Assembly: GCA_030141605.1 (NCBI GenBank)
Contig: JAQGDQ010000737.1
Coordinates: 40,409 to 104,408, forward strand
Source of the DNA: Tubiluchus corallicola
Lineage: Eukaryota; Animalia; Priapulida
DNA length: 64,000 bases
Direction of reading: 5' to 3'
Under the pieces are notes generated by a model. It did no database searches. It was not told the origin of the DNA and saw only the letters and a program-made list of their open reading frames with translations. The position numbers and the translations under genes are program-made. Shown here one piece after another: positions 1 to 13,539 of the stretch (its first letter is position 1; each line of letters starts with the position of its first letter).

Positions 1-231
1 GAATAACTTACTCGATAGACTAAGTTGGAGTGCCTGAAAAAGGGCGTGTTCTTCTTAATTTTATCCAATTAAATCACTTACAAATGTTTGAACAAATAAC
101 ATGATTGGATAGCCGAGATTCTCCCGAATAGAACAGTTCCTAATTTGTAATCATTTAGTTATGTCTGTGCTCTTACAGTAGCAGAAAAGTCGTAGGTGTT
201 ACGAGGCCTATTTTGAATGGTCCTGAAGGAG
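1..231. mobile_element. Right part of TTAA-targeting (piggyBac-like) MITE, same family as 9407-9891
   Basis: Ends GGTCCTGAAGGAG|TTAA. ~200 bp of similarity to 9684-9891; a further fragment lies at ~2075-2160. Confidence 0.7.
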
Positions 232-1174
232 TTAATCAATACAATATATTCTGTGACACTGTAACGTTTGCCTCTTTGACTGATATAATATTGATGAGAT
301 GAGACTTCATTATGAGATGCAGGTTTTTATATGCTGCATTTTGGTATGTCTTATTGTATATATTAATTCTACTGGTATGTTATATATACCTCCAAAAACC
401 TGCAAAAAAACTCCAAAAATGGCCATTTTTTGCAAAACTTATACGTCTGAGATCTGAATCGGAATGGGCCATGGGTGGTGCTGGCTATGGATAGACAGCT
501 CGTTCAGCGGTGGGTGTCATAGGCATATTTAGTTTTGAGAGAGCACCACGGCGTCCCGCAACGGGCGTTTTCCCGGACACAACTCGCGATTTTTTTCGAA
601 ATTTTGATCAAACAGCATGCGGAAAAAACGTTCTAGCGGCGCCTGGTGGGACTCTGGGAAGGAGATATGTAGCTCTTTAGAAAGAGGAAGAACAGGGCTA
701 CACGATGATGTGGGCTATATTTTAGGACACGTCCACCGAAAGGAGTATCGACGAGTTAATTAGATGTTCTATTTTTGGCAATTTTCGTTTAGAAAACTGC
801 TGACGTAAAGCCATTGTTCTGACGTCATCCATTATATTCTGTCTATAACCTCATAACTTTAATTCAGTAAAAGCTGCCACTGCTGGCTTTGAGTTGTAAA
901 TGAGGACCACGTAGGATGTTTGCGTATTTTTGATTATAAGTGTACTTATACGCAAAATTTTCTGAGGGGCCTTTGCTAGTAAACAAATTATAACTTGTTG
1001 TCCTTACTTTTGTGCATATTTTACAATAATAGTTGACAATATGATGAAAATAAGAATGACCAAATTTTGCCATAAAATAGGCCTGATATTAAGACTAGAC
1101 AAGCTATAATTGAACTTGGCTGTTCTGTTTACTGATTTGGTTTGTTGTTCACACTGTGTTTGTTTCACTTCTAG

Positions 1175-1306
1175 CCCACTCAAGATGCGTCACCAGATGG
1201 CGCAAACGTGGTGGTGGATAGTTCATATATCTGTCAGTACTGTAACGAGCAATACAGTAATTACTTCCAACTAAAAACGCACATGGTGTCACACAAAGAT
1301 GAACAG
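1175..1306 (+). CDS. ZNF341: ZNF341 orthologue, internal exon (upstream exons lie before the window)
   Basis: ttctag|CCC...GAACAG|gtaggt. Translates ...[33 protein letters not shown], matching recalled ZNF341 'IDSSYLCQFC...YFQLKSHMTQHKNEQ'. Phase 0/0. Confidence 0.92.
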
Positions 1307-1399
1307 GTAGGTTGTGTGAATGTTAATTAAGTTTACCTAGTAATAAGGGTGCGGTTAGGGTTAGGATTACCAACATTTTGAAAGGACTAGAAAATTTTT

Positions 1400-1970
1400 G
1401 CGAGTCATACAAGGGTACGAGTTACACGATGTTCGTCCGAAAACAAGATTGAGTCACTCATCAACGTCGGGCAATACACTAGTAACACTGCAGGCTGTGA
1501 AAATGACAAACTGAGCTTTTAATCAAATATTAAACAACATTTTTTATGAGTAATCAAAAATAAAATGACTGGTCCACCTCTATTGTAGTCTGAGTAGCAT
1601 GGTTAATAGAATTCGGTAATAATAATAATGTGATCTAGTTATTAAAGCATGTTCGTTAAGCCATGTTGTGTTCAGTGTTCTGCTAAGGTAATGCAAGAAA
1701 TCATTTTTGCTGAAACTAGCAGGTGAAATCATAACGTGGTGCACACTTTCACGTAGGGTTTCTTGTTTAGGAGGTTATTCCAGATAGGCGAGGTAATTTG
1801 AATCACATTCTTAAGAATTGTACCAAGAATTCGATTCAAGTTACGCGATCATTCGAATTATGTGATGTTTGGTAAAGAGGAAAAATGAAAGGGAAAATCC
1901 GTTCCAGGAAATCTGTTCAAGTTGTGCAAATATTCGAGTTATTCCAGTTCAAGTTATTCGTAACTTACTG
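1400..1970 (-). mobile_element. Tc1/pogo(Tigger)-like MITE copy, inverted partner of 6206-6775
   Basis: Reverse complement aligns to 6206-6775 over ~500 bp; terminus ...TAACTTACTG|TA. Confidence 0.7.
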
Positions 1971-2227
1971 TACAAGTATTAACAGAGTAACTCTGCTTAA
2001 TTCGTGTCTTCAAGTTTAAAGGAAAACCGGACAATTGCTTTTTGAGTCATTCTCGTTTTAATTTACTTTTTCATTACGTAATCATTTAGTTATGTCTGTG
2101 CTCACACAGTAGCAGAAAATCATAGGTCTTATAAGATCTACATTCAGTGGTGGAGTTAAGTTAAGAAACATTATTTAGTAATTAATTAGTATTTATGTTT
2201 TCTATCTACTACTTTGTTTTTGTTTAG

Positions 2228-2325
2228 GTTTATAAGTGTGTGGTAAAGTCATGTGGACAAACATTCAAAGAGATGGATCATTTTATTGAGCACGTTAAAA
2301 GCCATGATAGTGAAATGTCATACAG
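2228..2325 (+). CDS. ZNF341: ZNF341 exon
   Basis: tttag|GTT...TACAG|gtaatt. [33 protein letters not shown], a C2H2 finger typical of ZNF341. Confidence 0.93.
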
Positions 2326-2334
2326 GTAATTGTA

Positions 2335-3420
<1,086 letters not shown>

Positions 3421-4639
3421 AATTATTGAAACTATAAACAATTTCTTGTTTCTGAGAAAGTAGCTTATTTATTTGAAGTTTACATTACATTATTTTTCGT
3501 TATTATTTATGTTATTTATTTTAAAGTTCATATTGATTGAGTTTCCGTGTGTTTCTAAAAACTGCAGTAAATAATTGATGTTGATTACAGCTTTGAAATG
3601 TGAAAATCCTTGTCATTGTGTGTTAGTACTAAAAATGCTGTACAGACTAGAGATAACAACATGTCGTTTACTGGTCTGGTTTATGTTTATGAAAATATTA
3701 TTACACTACGTTTTATACCTTAAACTACGACTCCAATGTGCACATAGTTCCGTAATGCGTCTTGCCTATTGACTGTTGCCATGTGTTCACAAATACTATG
3801 CGTATTAACAAAGCTCACGGCTCTCCTTCCGCCCTTTTTTTGGTCGCTATTCGTGAGACTTGCGAACAATATTTTTTAGAAACCCTGTCTCTGTCGATAT
3901 TTAGCTGTGATAATTACAGCTGTGGCATTAGCTTATTATTGTACTATTAGATGGTAAGGGAAGCACAGGTTTTGGGTGCACAACATTTTGCAGGGGAGAG
4001 AACAATGTGGTACATGTCATCATTTAGTTACATGCACAACACACAACTACATGCTTCTTTCACTTCTCAAACACTCAAATAGAAAAAATATTGTTTGTAG
4101 GTCTAAAGTGACCGAAACTCACCGAACTAGAATTTTCATAAAGCTAAACAGCGAAAATGGTCACCGGAAACTTGAAAACTAGTTATAATCACCTAGGAAA
4201 CGGAGGTTTCTCCCATCTGCACATTGCTGCATGATGGGATGATTCCGATCGGTTTTTGAATGAATAGAGGTCACACATTACGCATTATGTACGCGTGTAA
4301 ACACTTCTACATGTTTGAACACGAACTGTTGTATACACAGTATGGATCACGCATCACCCACACATGGAGTCGTTCCTTTATGGTTAAGTGAGAAACATAA
4401 TTAAAAATTCTCAGACATCAAAAAATAATCTGTTTTCATATGCAGTCAAGTAGCTTAGCATCAGTCAAGTGTGAAACTTTCTTAAACAGACTTGCAAAAT
4501 GGAAGTGCATGTTATTTACCCCGGGAATACTATCAAAGAATACAATTTAATTATGTGTTTGAGATGGATTTAGTTGTTTAAATGACTTTGGCACAATCAG
4601 TCTATAACTTTGTGAGTTTCGGCAATTGATAATCATTTA

Positions 4640-4960
4640 TTCATAAAGTGTATAAATTGACAATTATTGTCATCAGGTGGTGCTGTAAAACAGGTCTACA
4701 ATAAAATTTAAGCATACAACAAAAATTCACAAGACAACTAGTTAAAGGATTCATTAAAAATACAGGCTTTAAGACTCACACTAGTTAAATGTTACAGTAC
4801 AAAGATAGGTTTTATGACTCATTTTAAATTGGCTAAAATCAGTAATAGAACGCAAGCTGAACGGAATCCATTTACGTGGATTTAGTTTATTCCATTTACG
4901 TGGAGCTGCACTGGTAAAAGCATGCTTACCGTTAGCTAAACGCTAATTCTTCTAGGATTG
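4640..4960 (-). mobile_element. Degenerate L2-like LINE 3' fragment
   Basis: Reverse strand reads ...GKHAFTSAAPRKWN..., resembling the L2 C-terminal 'GRAFSVAAPRLWNSLP' motif. Confidence 0.45.
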
Positions 4961-5069
4961 GTGAACGCTAGTGCAAAACTGTTTTGTGCGTTCTATTGGC
5001 GTGATGAAAATTATGTGTTCTGTTCTGGTAATGAACATTTTCTCAAATAAATCTTGATTTTATTTTCAG

Positions 5070-5174
5070 ATGTCACATGTGCACAAAAAGCTTTCCGTCA
5101 CTCTATGAACTTGGCGTTCATCAGTATTCGCACAGTTTGTACCCAAGTCAATCAAACAAGCCTGGTGCACCAAG
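5070..5174 (+). CDS. ZNF341: ZNF341 exon
   Basis: ttttcag|A...CCAAG|gtaata. [25 protein letters not shown]; phases match both neighbours. Confidence 0.93.
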
Positions 5175-5443
5175 GTAATATGTGTGCCTGCTTAGCAAAA
5201 TTGTTCATAAGTCATCAATTAAGCTTTTCTACATAGAATCTCCATTGTATGAGGATCATTTTGATTGCAAGTTCATCGCTCTATGTTATTTCTAAGCTGA
5301 GATAATTGTACTTACATCAATTTGTTGATTAGCAGCTTTGATAAATGTTGGTAATAAATAATTTGATTTGTTAAAACTGATTAGACTTGTTTAATGTTAC
5401 AGCTCGATGCTAGAAATGATCATATTGACTCCTGTGTTTTCAG

Positions 5444-5621
5444 AAACTACCGTTGTAACATGTGCATGAACAAGTACGCATCGCCAGAAGCGCTTGAACA
5501 TCACCAGAGTACCTGTTCACATACCTATCCGTGCCCACAGTGCGGTAAAGTATTTCCATGTGAACGGTACCTACGAAGGCATTTACCCCTGCATGGGACT
5601 GTGCCAAAATATATTTGTGAG
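5444..5621 (+). CDS. ZNF341: ZNF341 exon
   Basis: ttttcag|A...TGTGAG|gtaagt. [20 protein letters not shown]...[24 protein letters not shown]. Confidence 0.95.
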
Positions 5622-5816
5622 GTAAGTCTTTCTTTTTCTGCTTTCACTTTCACTCTGTTTGTCCCGCTCCCTTTTTGTATTTTCCTCTCTTTCTTGTACC
5701 CTCCTTCTCACTCTCGGAATTTGAAAAAAAATACAAGAATATTTGAAAAAATACTTGAATAATGTGACGTTTTACCAGAATGTGATGGGAACACCGTTAT
5801 AGTGAACATGGTTGAT

Positions 5817-6231
5817 TGCATACACACCTAATCACCAGCACTTGCGAACTACGGTAAACTGCATGTAACTCTCCATGCGTACACACCTAATCACCAGCAC
5901 TTGCGAACTACGGTAAACTGCATGTAACTCGCCATGCGTACACACCTAATCACCAGTATTTGCGAACTACGGTAAACTGCATGTAACTCTCCATGCGTAC
6001 ACACCTAATCACCAGCACTTGCGAACTACGGTAAACTGCATGTAACTCGCCATGCGTACACACCTAATCACCAGTATTTGCGAACTACGGTAAACTGCAT
6101 GTAACTCTCCATGCGTACACACCTAATCACCAGCACTTGCGAACTACGGTAAACTGCATGTAACTCGCCATGCGTACACACCTAGTCACCAGTATTTGCG
6201 AACTACGGTAAACTGCATATAACTCGCCATG
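5817..6231. repeat. 59-bp minisatellite, ~7 copies, containing a MITE terminus
   Basis: Unit tacacacctaatcaccagcacttgcgaactacggtaaactgcatgtaactcgccatgcg. The last copy runs into the MITE at 6206. Confidence 0.95.
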
Positions 6232-6775
6232 TTATAACTCAAATTCTTGCGCATCTCAAACAGATCTTGTGGAACAGATTTTCGTTTAATTTTGCTCTTT
6301 CGGAAAACGTCAAGTAATATCTGTAACTTGAATTATCGTGTAACTCAAACTATTTTTAAGAATGGCACATTTTTTAAGAATCTAATTGGAATTACCCCAC
6401 CTATCTCGAACCCAAGCGAGAAATCCTAATGAAAGTGTGCACCACATTACGATTATAACTGCATGTTTCAGCAAAAATGCTAAGATTTCTGGTATTACCT
6501 TAGCAGAACGCTGAACACAACATGGCTTAACGAACATGGTTTAATGTAGATCACAATAATACTAATGCTGAATTCTATTAATAATGCCACTTAGACTACA
6601 ATAGAGGTGGACCGATCATTTTATTTTTGATTATTCATAAAAATTGTTGTTTGATATTTGATTAGAGGTTCAGTTTGTCATTTTCACAGGCTGTAGTGTA
6701 TTGTCTGACATTGATGAGTGACTCAGTTTTGTTTTCTAACAAACATTGTCTAACTCGCACCTTCGCTAACCTCAA
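6206..6775 (+). mobile_element. Tc1/pogo-like MITE copy
   Basis: TA|CGGTAAACTGCATATAACTCG start; inverted homology to 1400-1970. Confidence 0.7.
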
Positions 6776-7212
6776 ATTCTCAAGTAACAATGTAGTCGAT
6801 ACTTGTCAGCATCTTCTAAAAGTATTGTACATCCACTACGAAGCTATATATTGTACATTCTTTATACACTTTTATTATTAACACATACTTGTCGATCTAC
6901 CTAGTTGTCATGTACGTACGAATAGCTGCATGTGTTTATAGAGCACCTCGATTACAGAGCACTTTTTGCATCCCTAGCAGGTTTCCTATAATGTTGTTAT
7001 ACTGTACTTTACCAAATTATGATTGGATGTTTTACTTCGCTCTTGCATAATATTTTTCAAAATGAAAAAGTATTTATAAAGCTGCACTTTCTGCTCACCT
7101 TTGGCATGAATGAAATTTCACAGTGACAAAGAGAAATTTGAAGATTAGTTTCTTCTGTGTGATATTTGGTTTGTCAAGTGTAATGATGTTTCTCATTCTC
7201 TTTCATTTTTAG

Positions 7213-7986
7213 GTTTGTAACAAAGGTTTCAAGACAGATACTTATCTCAAAATGCATCTGCTGATTCACACTGGAAATCGACCATTTAAATGTGAACAGT
7301 GTAGTGCGGCTTTTAATCGCAAGGACAAGCTAAAGCGCCACGAGCTCATTCATCTACCACACAAACGGTACAAGTGCCCGTTCCGCACTCACACGGGTTG
7401 CCGGAAAGAGTTCAACAGACCCGACAAGCTCAAAGCTCACATTATCACTCATAGTGGCATTAAGCCTTACAAATGTGATGATTGTGGAAAATCGTTTAGC
7501 CGCAAGATGTATCTGAATGAACACACACGGACGCACAGAGAAGACCCGCCGTATCGGTGTGCGCAGTGCGAAAAGGGTTTCTATCGTGAAAAACAATACA
7601 GACAACACAAGTGTAAGATTGAAAAAGAGGAACCGATGCGCACGAAAGTGAAACCCAAAGTGGGACGTCCGAGAAAGCGAGTCGTCGGCTTCGGATTGCC
7701 AAAAGTGTCCCAGATGAAACGCGGACGAGGTCGACCAAGAAAGCGACCTCCGGCACAGTTGCCGTCAGTGCAGACGACGCTAAAAAACTCCCTACCGGAA
7801 AAGTTTGCAATTATACAGGATACGAAGCAAAGCGGGGAGAAAGACGATGCACCCCTCGTGGAGGTATCTGTCAGCAACGAGTTATTCGCTAGCACCGCAG
7901 GAAATGTTAATGATAATGCTGTCATGACAGAAAGTCACATTGTGTGCTATGCATCTCCCATGAATAAAACTTTTATTACATCTTAA
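7213..7986 (+). CDS. ZNF341: ZNF341 last coding exon (C-terminal C2H2 fingers and AT-hook-like motifs)
   Basis: tttttag|GTTTGT...TAA. FNRKDKLKRH, YKCPFRTHTGCRKEFNRPDKLKAHI are characteristic ZNF341 fingers; ORF track 7252..7986. Confidence 0.95.
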   Translation, partial: VCNKGFKTDTYLKMHLLIHTGNRPFKCEQCSAAFNRKDKLKRHELIHLPHKRYKCPFRTHTGCRKEFNRPDKLKAHIITHSGIKPYKCDDCGKSFSRKMYLNEHTRTHREDPPYRCAQCEKGFYREKQYRQHKCKIEKEEPMRTKVKPKVGRPRKRVVGFGLPKVSQMKRGRGRPRKRPPAQLPSVQTTLKNSLPEKFAIIQDTKQSGEKDDAPLVEVSVSNELFASTAGNVNDNAVMTESHIVCYASPMNKTFITS

Positions 7987-8041
7987 AAGACAGTTAAAGC
8001 TACGACTTTTCATTAGCTTCGTATTTCAAAGATCATTTACC

Positions 8042-9262
8042 GACTTTGCCCAGCACGTACTGATGTACATCGAAGTTGTACTTTGCCCAGCACGCACTGA
8101 TGTACATCGAAGTTGTACTTTGCCCAGCACGTACTGATGTACATCGAAGTTGGACTTTGCCCAGCACGTACTGATGTACATCGAAGTTGGACTTTGCCTA
8201 GCACGCACTGATGTACATCGAAGTTGTACTTTGCCCAGCACGCACTGATGTACATCGAAGTTGGACTTTGCCCAGTACGTACTGATGTACATCGAAGTTG
8301 GACTTTGCCCAGCACGTACTGATGTACATCGAAGTTGGACTTTGCCTAGCACGCACTGATGTACATCGAAGTTGTACTTTGCCCAGCACGCACTGATGTA
8401 CATCGAAGTTGGACTTTGCCCAGTACGTACTGATGTACATCGAAGTTGGACTTTTCCTAGCATGCACTGATGTACATCGAAGTTGGACTTTGCCTAGCAC
8501 GCACTGATGTACATCGAAGTTGGACTTTGCCCAGCACGCACTGATGTACATCGAAGTTGTACTTTGCCCAGCACGTACTGATGTACATCGAAGTTGGACT
8601 TTGCCCAGCACGTACTGATGTACATCGAAGTTGGACTTTGCCTAGCACGCACTGATGTACGTCGAAGTTGTACTTTGCCCAGCACGCACTGATGTACATC
8701 GAAGTTGGACTTTGCCCAGTACGTACTGATGTACATCGAAGTTGGACTTTGCCCAGCACGTACTGATGTACATCGAAGTTGGACTTTGTCTAGCACGCAC
8801 TGATGTACATCGAAGTTGGACTTTGCCTAGCACGCACTGATGTACATCGAAGTTGTACTTTGCCTAGCACGTACTGATGTACATCGAAGTTGGACTTTGC
8901 CCAGCACGCACTGATGTACATCGAAGTTGGACTTTGCCCAGCACGTACTGATGTACATCGAAGTTGGACTTTGCCTAGCACGCACTGATGTACATCGAAG
9001 TTGGACTTTGCCTAGCACGCACTGATGTACATCGAAGTTGTACTTTGCCTAGCACGCACTGATGTACATCGAAGTTGGACTTTGCCCAGTACGTACTGAT
9101 GTACATCGAAGTTGGACTTTGCCCAGCACGCACTGATGTACATCGAAGTTGGACTTTGCCCAGTACGTACTGATGTACATCGAAGTTGGACTTTGCCCAG
9201 TACGTACTGATGTACATCGAAGTTGGACTTTGCCCAGCACGTACTGATGTACATTGAAGTTG
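8042..9262. repeat. 37-bp minisatellite, ~33 copies, just 3' of the ZNF341 stop codon
   Basis: Unit gactttgcccagcacgtactgatgtacatcgaagttg with internal palindrome GATGTACATC. Confidence 0.97.
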
Positions 9263-9406
9263 CTGTTTTTATCAGCTAAATGTTCTTAGCTAAGGATTTT
9301 GTTTATTTACTGAACTTTACTAGTTTAAAGTGTGTTATTTTAATTCAATATGAAATCTATGAATATGAAATGTTTTTTTATCTTGCATTTTCCATTAGCT
9401 TATTAA

Positions 9407-9891
9407 CTCCTTCAGAACCATGAATGTCTGTTGCATTTTTTATGGGTTCACGAAAAGCTGCCCTCACTAAGCAGCGATTACATTATATTTGATAATTCTT
9501 GTAGGTTTCTACTACTCGCATGATGAAATGACCTGAATTTGTCCTAGGCTGATCGGTTGGTTTTTCTTGCAACTCTGTACAACAGACAGTTCTCTTGGCT
9601 GTACCAAGCAGACGGCCAATAAAATAGTGTGTACGATCATGCAAGTGTACACCAGACTATACTACTTAATAGGCCAAATTACAGTGCCCAAAAATGGCAT
9701 GCTTTTCTTAATTTTATCCAACTAAATCACTTGTAAACACTTAAACAAATAGCAGCATGATTGGATAGTCGAAATTCTCCTAAATAGAATAGTATCTAAT
9801 TTGTAATCATTTAGTTATGTCTGTGCTCATACAGTAGCAGAAAAGTCATAGGTCTTATAAGACAATTTTGAATGGTGCGGTCCTGAAGGAG
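9407..9891. mobile_element. Complete piggyBac-like MITE with TTAA target duplication
   Basis: TTAA|CTCCTTCAGAACC ... GGTCCTGAAGGAG|TTAA. Confidence 0.82.
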
Positions 9892-11217
9892 TTAACATCA
9901 TCATGAGTTTTTGATTCTTGTACTTGTTGTTGTAAATATTAGAATATTTAATTGATATGAATCTCATAAATCTTTTGTGTTTGCCTATCAACATTAAACT
10001 TGTTGTTTATTTATTTACTTTTACTGTCTCTTCGGAACTCATTAATAAATATATCAAAAAGAAATAGCCGAACAGGTCTCGCAACTTATAACGTACAGCG
10101 TACATTAGCGCAAACTGCAGCAACATTTTACTTAAAGCACGTAAAAAACCTTTACTTCGCAAAGCTAAAGAATTGTCTTGAAATTTTGTCACTTGCATGC
10201 TGTTTATTGTGCACAGAGCTTCATGTCTGGCACAGAGATTTAAAAAGTCCGGCAATGACCATTAGGCGCACCCATTTAGAGGGTAGTTAGTGCAGATAAC
10301 ATTGGGTATAGTTTGACTCACTGACTATGTAATTAGCTAAGATTTAGTTAGTTTGTTAGTTAATTGGCGGTTTTAACAATATGGCAAGTTTGTCGGTTTG
10401 ACAGATTTAATAGCGGTGCAGTGATGAATGGGCATGTGAAGCATTTAGAGGAAGTCCTTGCAAGGCTCCTGTAGGCCTTTTTTGGGTATTTCTAAGCCTT
10501 TTAGAAGCTTTCCAACATTTTGCAATGTTTTTACCTGGATCATCTGGGTCTCCCTCCCTTGATGCGAAATACTACGGCTCGCAATTAGTTTCAAAGATAC
10601 ACTCTATTGCTTACATGTGTTTTTGGAGCCCAATTTCAGGCGGCATTACAAACCACTGTCATAGTAGTGTCTAGCTTTTCCTAGGTTCCGTTGTGTTTAC
10701 TTGTCTTAGAATTTTGCCTGCCCAATATGTCTGCATTAGACGTAGTGGGCATTATGAAAATCTTCATAATTTCATAGACGTAATTGTAACCGTCCATTCA
10801 CTAAATTTATAGACATTATCGTGATTATCCTGATGGACGTCATTTACTATTTCGACTAACATGTTGTACACCGTGGACGTAAGTTTAAGCGCCCATTTAC
10901 TAAACTGATCAACTTACATCATCTGGACGCGATGGATGTACTTTTGAGCATTCATTCACTAAATTAAAGACCTATTTTGCAGTGGCGTACTAAGAGTTTG
11001 TGGCGCCCGGTGCGGCACTTGAGTTTGGCGCCCCTCGTGGAAATGTTCATTTAAGAAAATTTTAGTTTGTAAAATTCAGCAGTGTTATCTCCCAATTGCC
11101 GTAAGTTGCAGAGATAAATTGGTAGAAATAATAAAGTATTACTAAAAAGTGTGCGAATAAATAAATTTGTGTGCTAATCACAAAAAGTTGTGAGTTTGAA
11201 GATCATACATCTGCAGA

Positions 11218-11585
11218 CAGGACTTATTTCAGCCTAGGCGACGCCCGGGGAAGTGGGGCATGTGAGGCCCCATGGGGGGGCGCTACCATGGTTGGCGCCC
11301 AGAAAATTTTTGAACTGCTAGAATGCCGGAGAAGCATTTTCGAAGAGAAAATATAGAGTTATACAGTTGTTAAAGGAAAGAACAATTGAAAGAAAAACTG
11401 CTTTATTCTCAAGACCAGTCCTTAATAACCGTCAATACTGGCAAACGGCGTGTGTGCGGCAAGAGAAAGAGAGGAGGCAGTATGTTCGCATAAAGCAAAA
11501 AAAAATGTTACCTTGGTGCGAGGCCCCCCTGGAGGGTGAGGCCCCGGGGAAGTATCCCCACTTTCCCCCCTTGAAATAGGCCCTG
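11218..11585. mobile_element. hAT-like MITE
   Basis: TIR CAGGACTTATTTCA / TGAAATAGGCCCTG; near-perfect 8-bp TSD tctgcaga/tatgcaga; second copy at 27605-27865. Confidence 0.85.
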
Positions 11586-12489
11586 TATGCAGAACAGCAC
11601 ACTTTTAAATTATCGGTTTTGAATAAAACAATACCAGAAGACATTAGCATGCAGTAAAACAGTGTCAAGTCTTCAGTTTTTGTGAATAAAAGCAAAGAGC
11701 GGTACAAATATTCGAGTCAATCAAGCAGTACTCTCGAATACTCAACTGAAAAATCTGTCTGTTGTATAAAGATTGTTGCAGAATGAGCCTTTTCACAGTT
11801 TGTGCACATGCACAGTTGCTGTAGGTGAATGGTTAAATGTACCATAGCAATGCGTCTTAACTACAACCATCATGTGACGTGTGAGTAAAGTAAAGCTGTC
11901 TGACACATCAGTTGTTTTACATGGACTAGACATAATTATGCATTAGTCTGCACATAGAGTGATGTATTATAGATCTATAGTTTACAAGAGTTGGATACTA
12001 CTGATTGTTATTGTGTTCTTGCTGACTGGTTAGTGACTGTTTTATGTGTATGGATTAAGTCAGACAGAGAAGAAGAAGAAGCAGACATTTTAATTAGGTG
12101 GTAATAACATTAATAAGATTTGCTAAACATTATACAATGCTTATCTCGTGTTACTGCTCCATGATTACGCCGCTCCAGACGCAGGTAGCACCACCTATTA
12201 ACTAAAAATACAAAGTAACAGTAACTGGACGTTCCAAGTTACTCCTGTAAGGTAAGTCACATCTTTAATGTCTACTTGGGTTCTTCATAATAACACTATT
12301 TTAGTAAATAATAAGGACAGCTGATTACACTAAGCCAACAGCAACAGCGACTAGTCTACAACAATCACTTGTTTATTATAATCATGTTAATAACTGTTTA
12401 ACAGTTTAATATGATAAATGTTTTATGTGCATGGATTAAGGGAGACGGTCCAAGAAGAATAGGCAATTCATATCTATTAACAATGTATC

Positions 12490-13071
12490 ATCAGATTATA
12501 AACACATATCGTGTGGAGTGCCACAAGGCTCTAATTTAAGACCTCTTCTATTCTTAATTTTTATTAATGATCTTTCCACATGCAGCAACTTTCGTACCCG
12601 AATATTTGCCGATGACACTAATTTGTTCATGTCTGACTCCAATATAAATACTCTGCAAAACTCTGTTACTGAAGAAAACAGATCTGTGGATGAGGGTAAA
12701 CCAGCTATCAATTAATTACAAAAAAAACAAATTCATGACAATCACCAACAAACAAATTAACGATGCTAATAATCCAAAATTTCATATCATAATTAACAAA
12801 CACAAATTTGAAGATACAGGCAACATTAAATACTTGGGCCTACTCATTGACAGCATTGAATATTTCACTAATGTTTCAGATTAACAATACCTACTTCACA
12901 CGAGCAGCTTCTAATGAACATTATTTTGTGGAGAGTTTTTTTACCCGACTTGGTTTCAATATCTTAAAATCACGAGGAGTGAAATTAAGGAATTCATTGC
13001 TAAAAGATACCTTTGAAGGTAGCTTATTTTCTGCTTCCAAAAGATATACGAAAATCTTACTAAATGGATAT
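12490..13071 (+). mobile_element. CR1/L2-like LINE RT remnant (5' truncated, frameshifted)
   Basis: CGVPQGSNLRPLLFLIFINDL...FADDTNL and IKYLGLLID RT motifs. Its end (13020-13072) matches the reverse complement of 52240-52290. Confidence 0.88.
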
Positions 13072-13286
13072 ACAGTAGTCGGCACTTAATAGACTCTGTT
13101 TGGGACCGACGTGTTTTGACCCAATTAACCGATTGAACTTATTAACCGATGGGTATAGTGTTACTGCTATAGAAGTATGAGTCATCACCTTACTATGCAC
13201 TGCAAAGGCTTTTAGTCAATTTTAGAAACGAAGTAATGCCTAAACAAATTGATGAAATTATAATTAGAAGGCTGAAAGTAACAAAG
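13072..13286. mobile_element. Left part of a Tc1/pogo-like MITE interrupted by the LTR element
   Basis: TA|CAGTAGTCGGCACTTAATAG start at the point where LINE homology stops; no right TIR seen. Confidence 0.5.
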
Positions 13287-13359
13287 TGTAATGAACAGCC
13301 CACCCCTCGGTTACAATGCACAATCCATGGTAACTTAGCGACGCCGACGCTCAGGCGGC

Positions 13360-13367
13360 TATATAAA
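13360..13367 (+). promoter_or_regulatory. LTR TATA box
   Basis: ggcTATATAAAggg in a GC-rich patch ~75 bp inside the inferred LTR start. Confidence 0.65.
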
Positions 13368-13539
13368 GGGAAGGCCAGGCCATTGACCACACACATCCGA
13401 ACACTTTCAAAGTGATAAAGAACTACAGCAACTAAAGATTCATCTAAACATGGAAAAGAAGCAGGATGAGAAGTAAGCTTTAACTTACTAGATAAAGCTA
13501 GCTTTCAAAACTAGCTAGGATGTGTCAGGAATCTAGAAC

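Noticed and set aside
8042-9262. CRISPR-like array (37-bp partly palindromic repeats)
   Set aside because: Units are directly adjacent with no unique spacers, there are no cas genes, and the context is eukaryotic. The many overlapping minus-strand ORFs are repeat artefacts.
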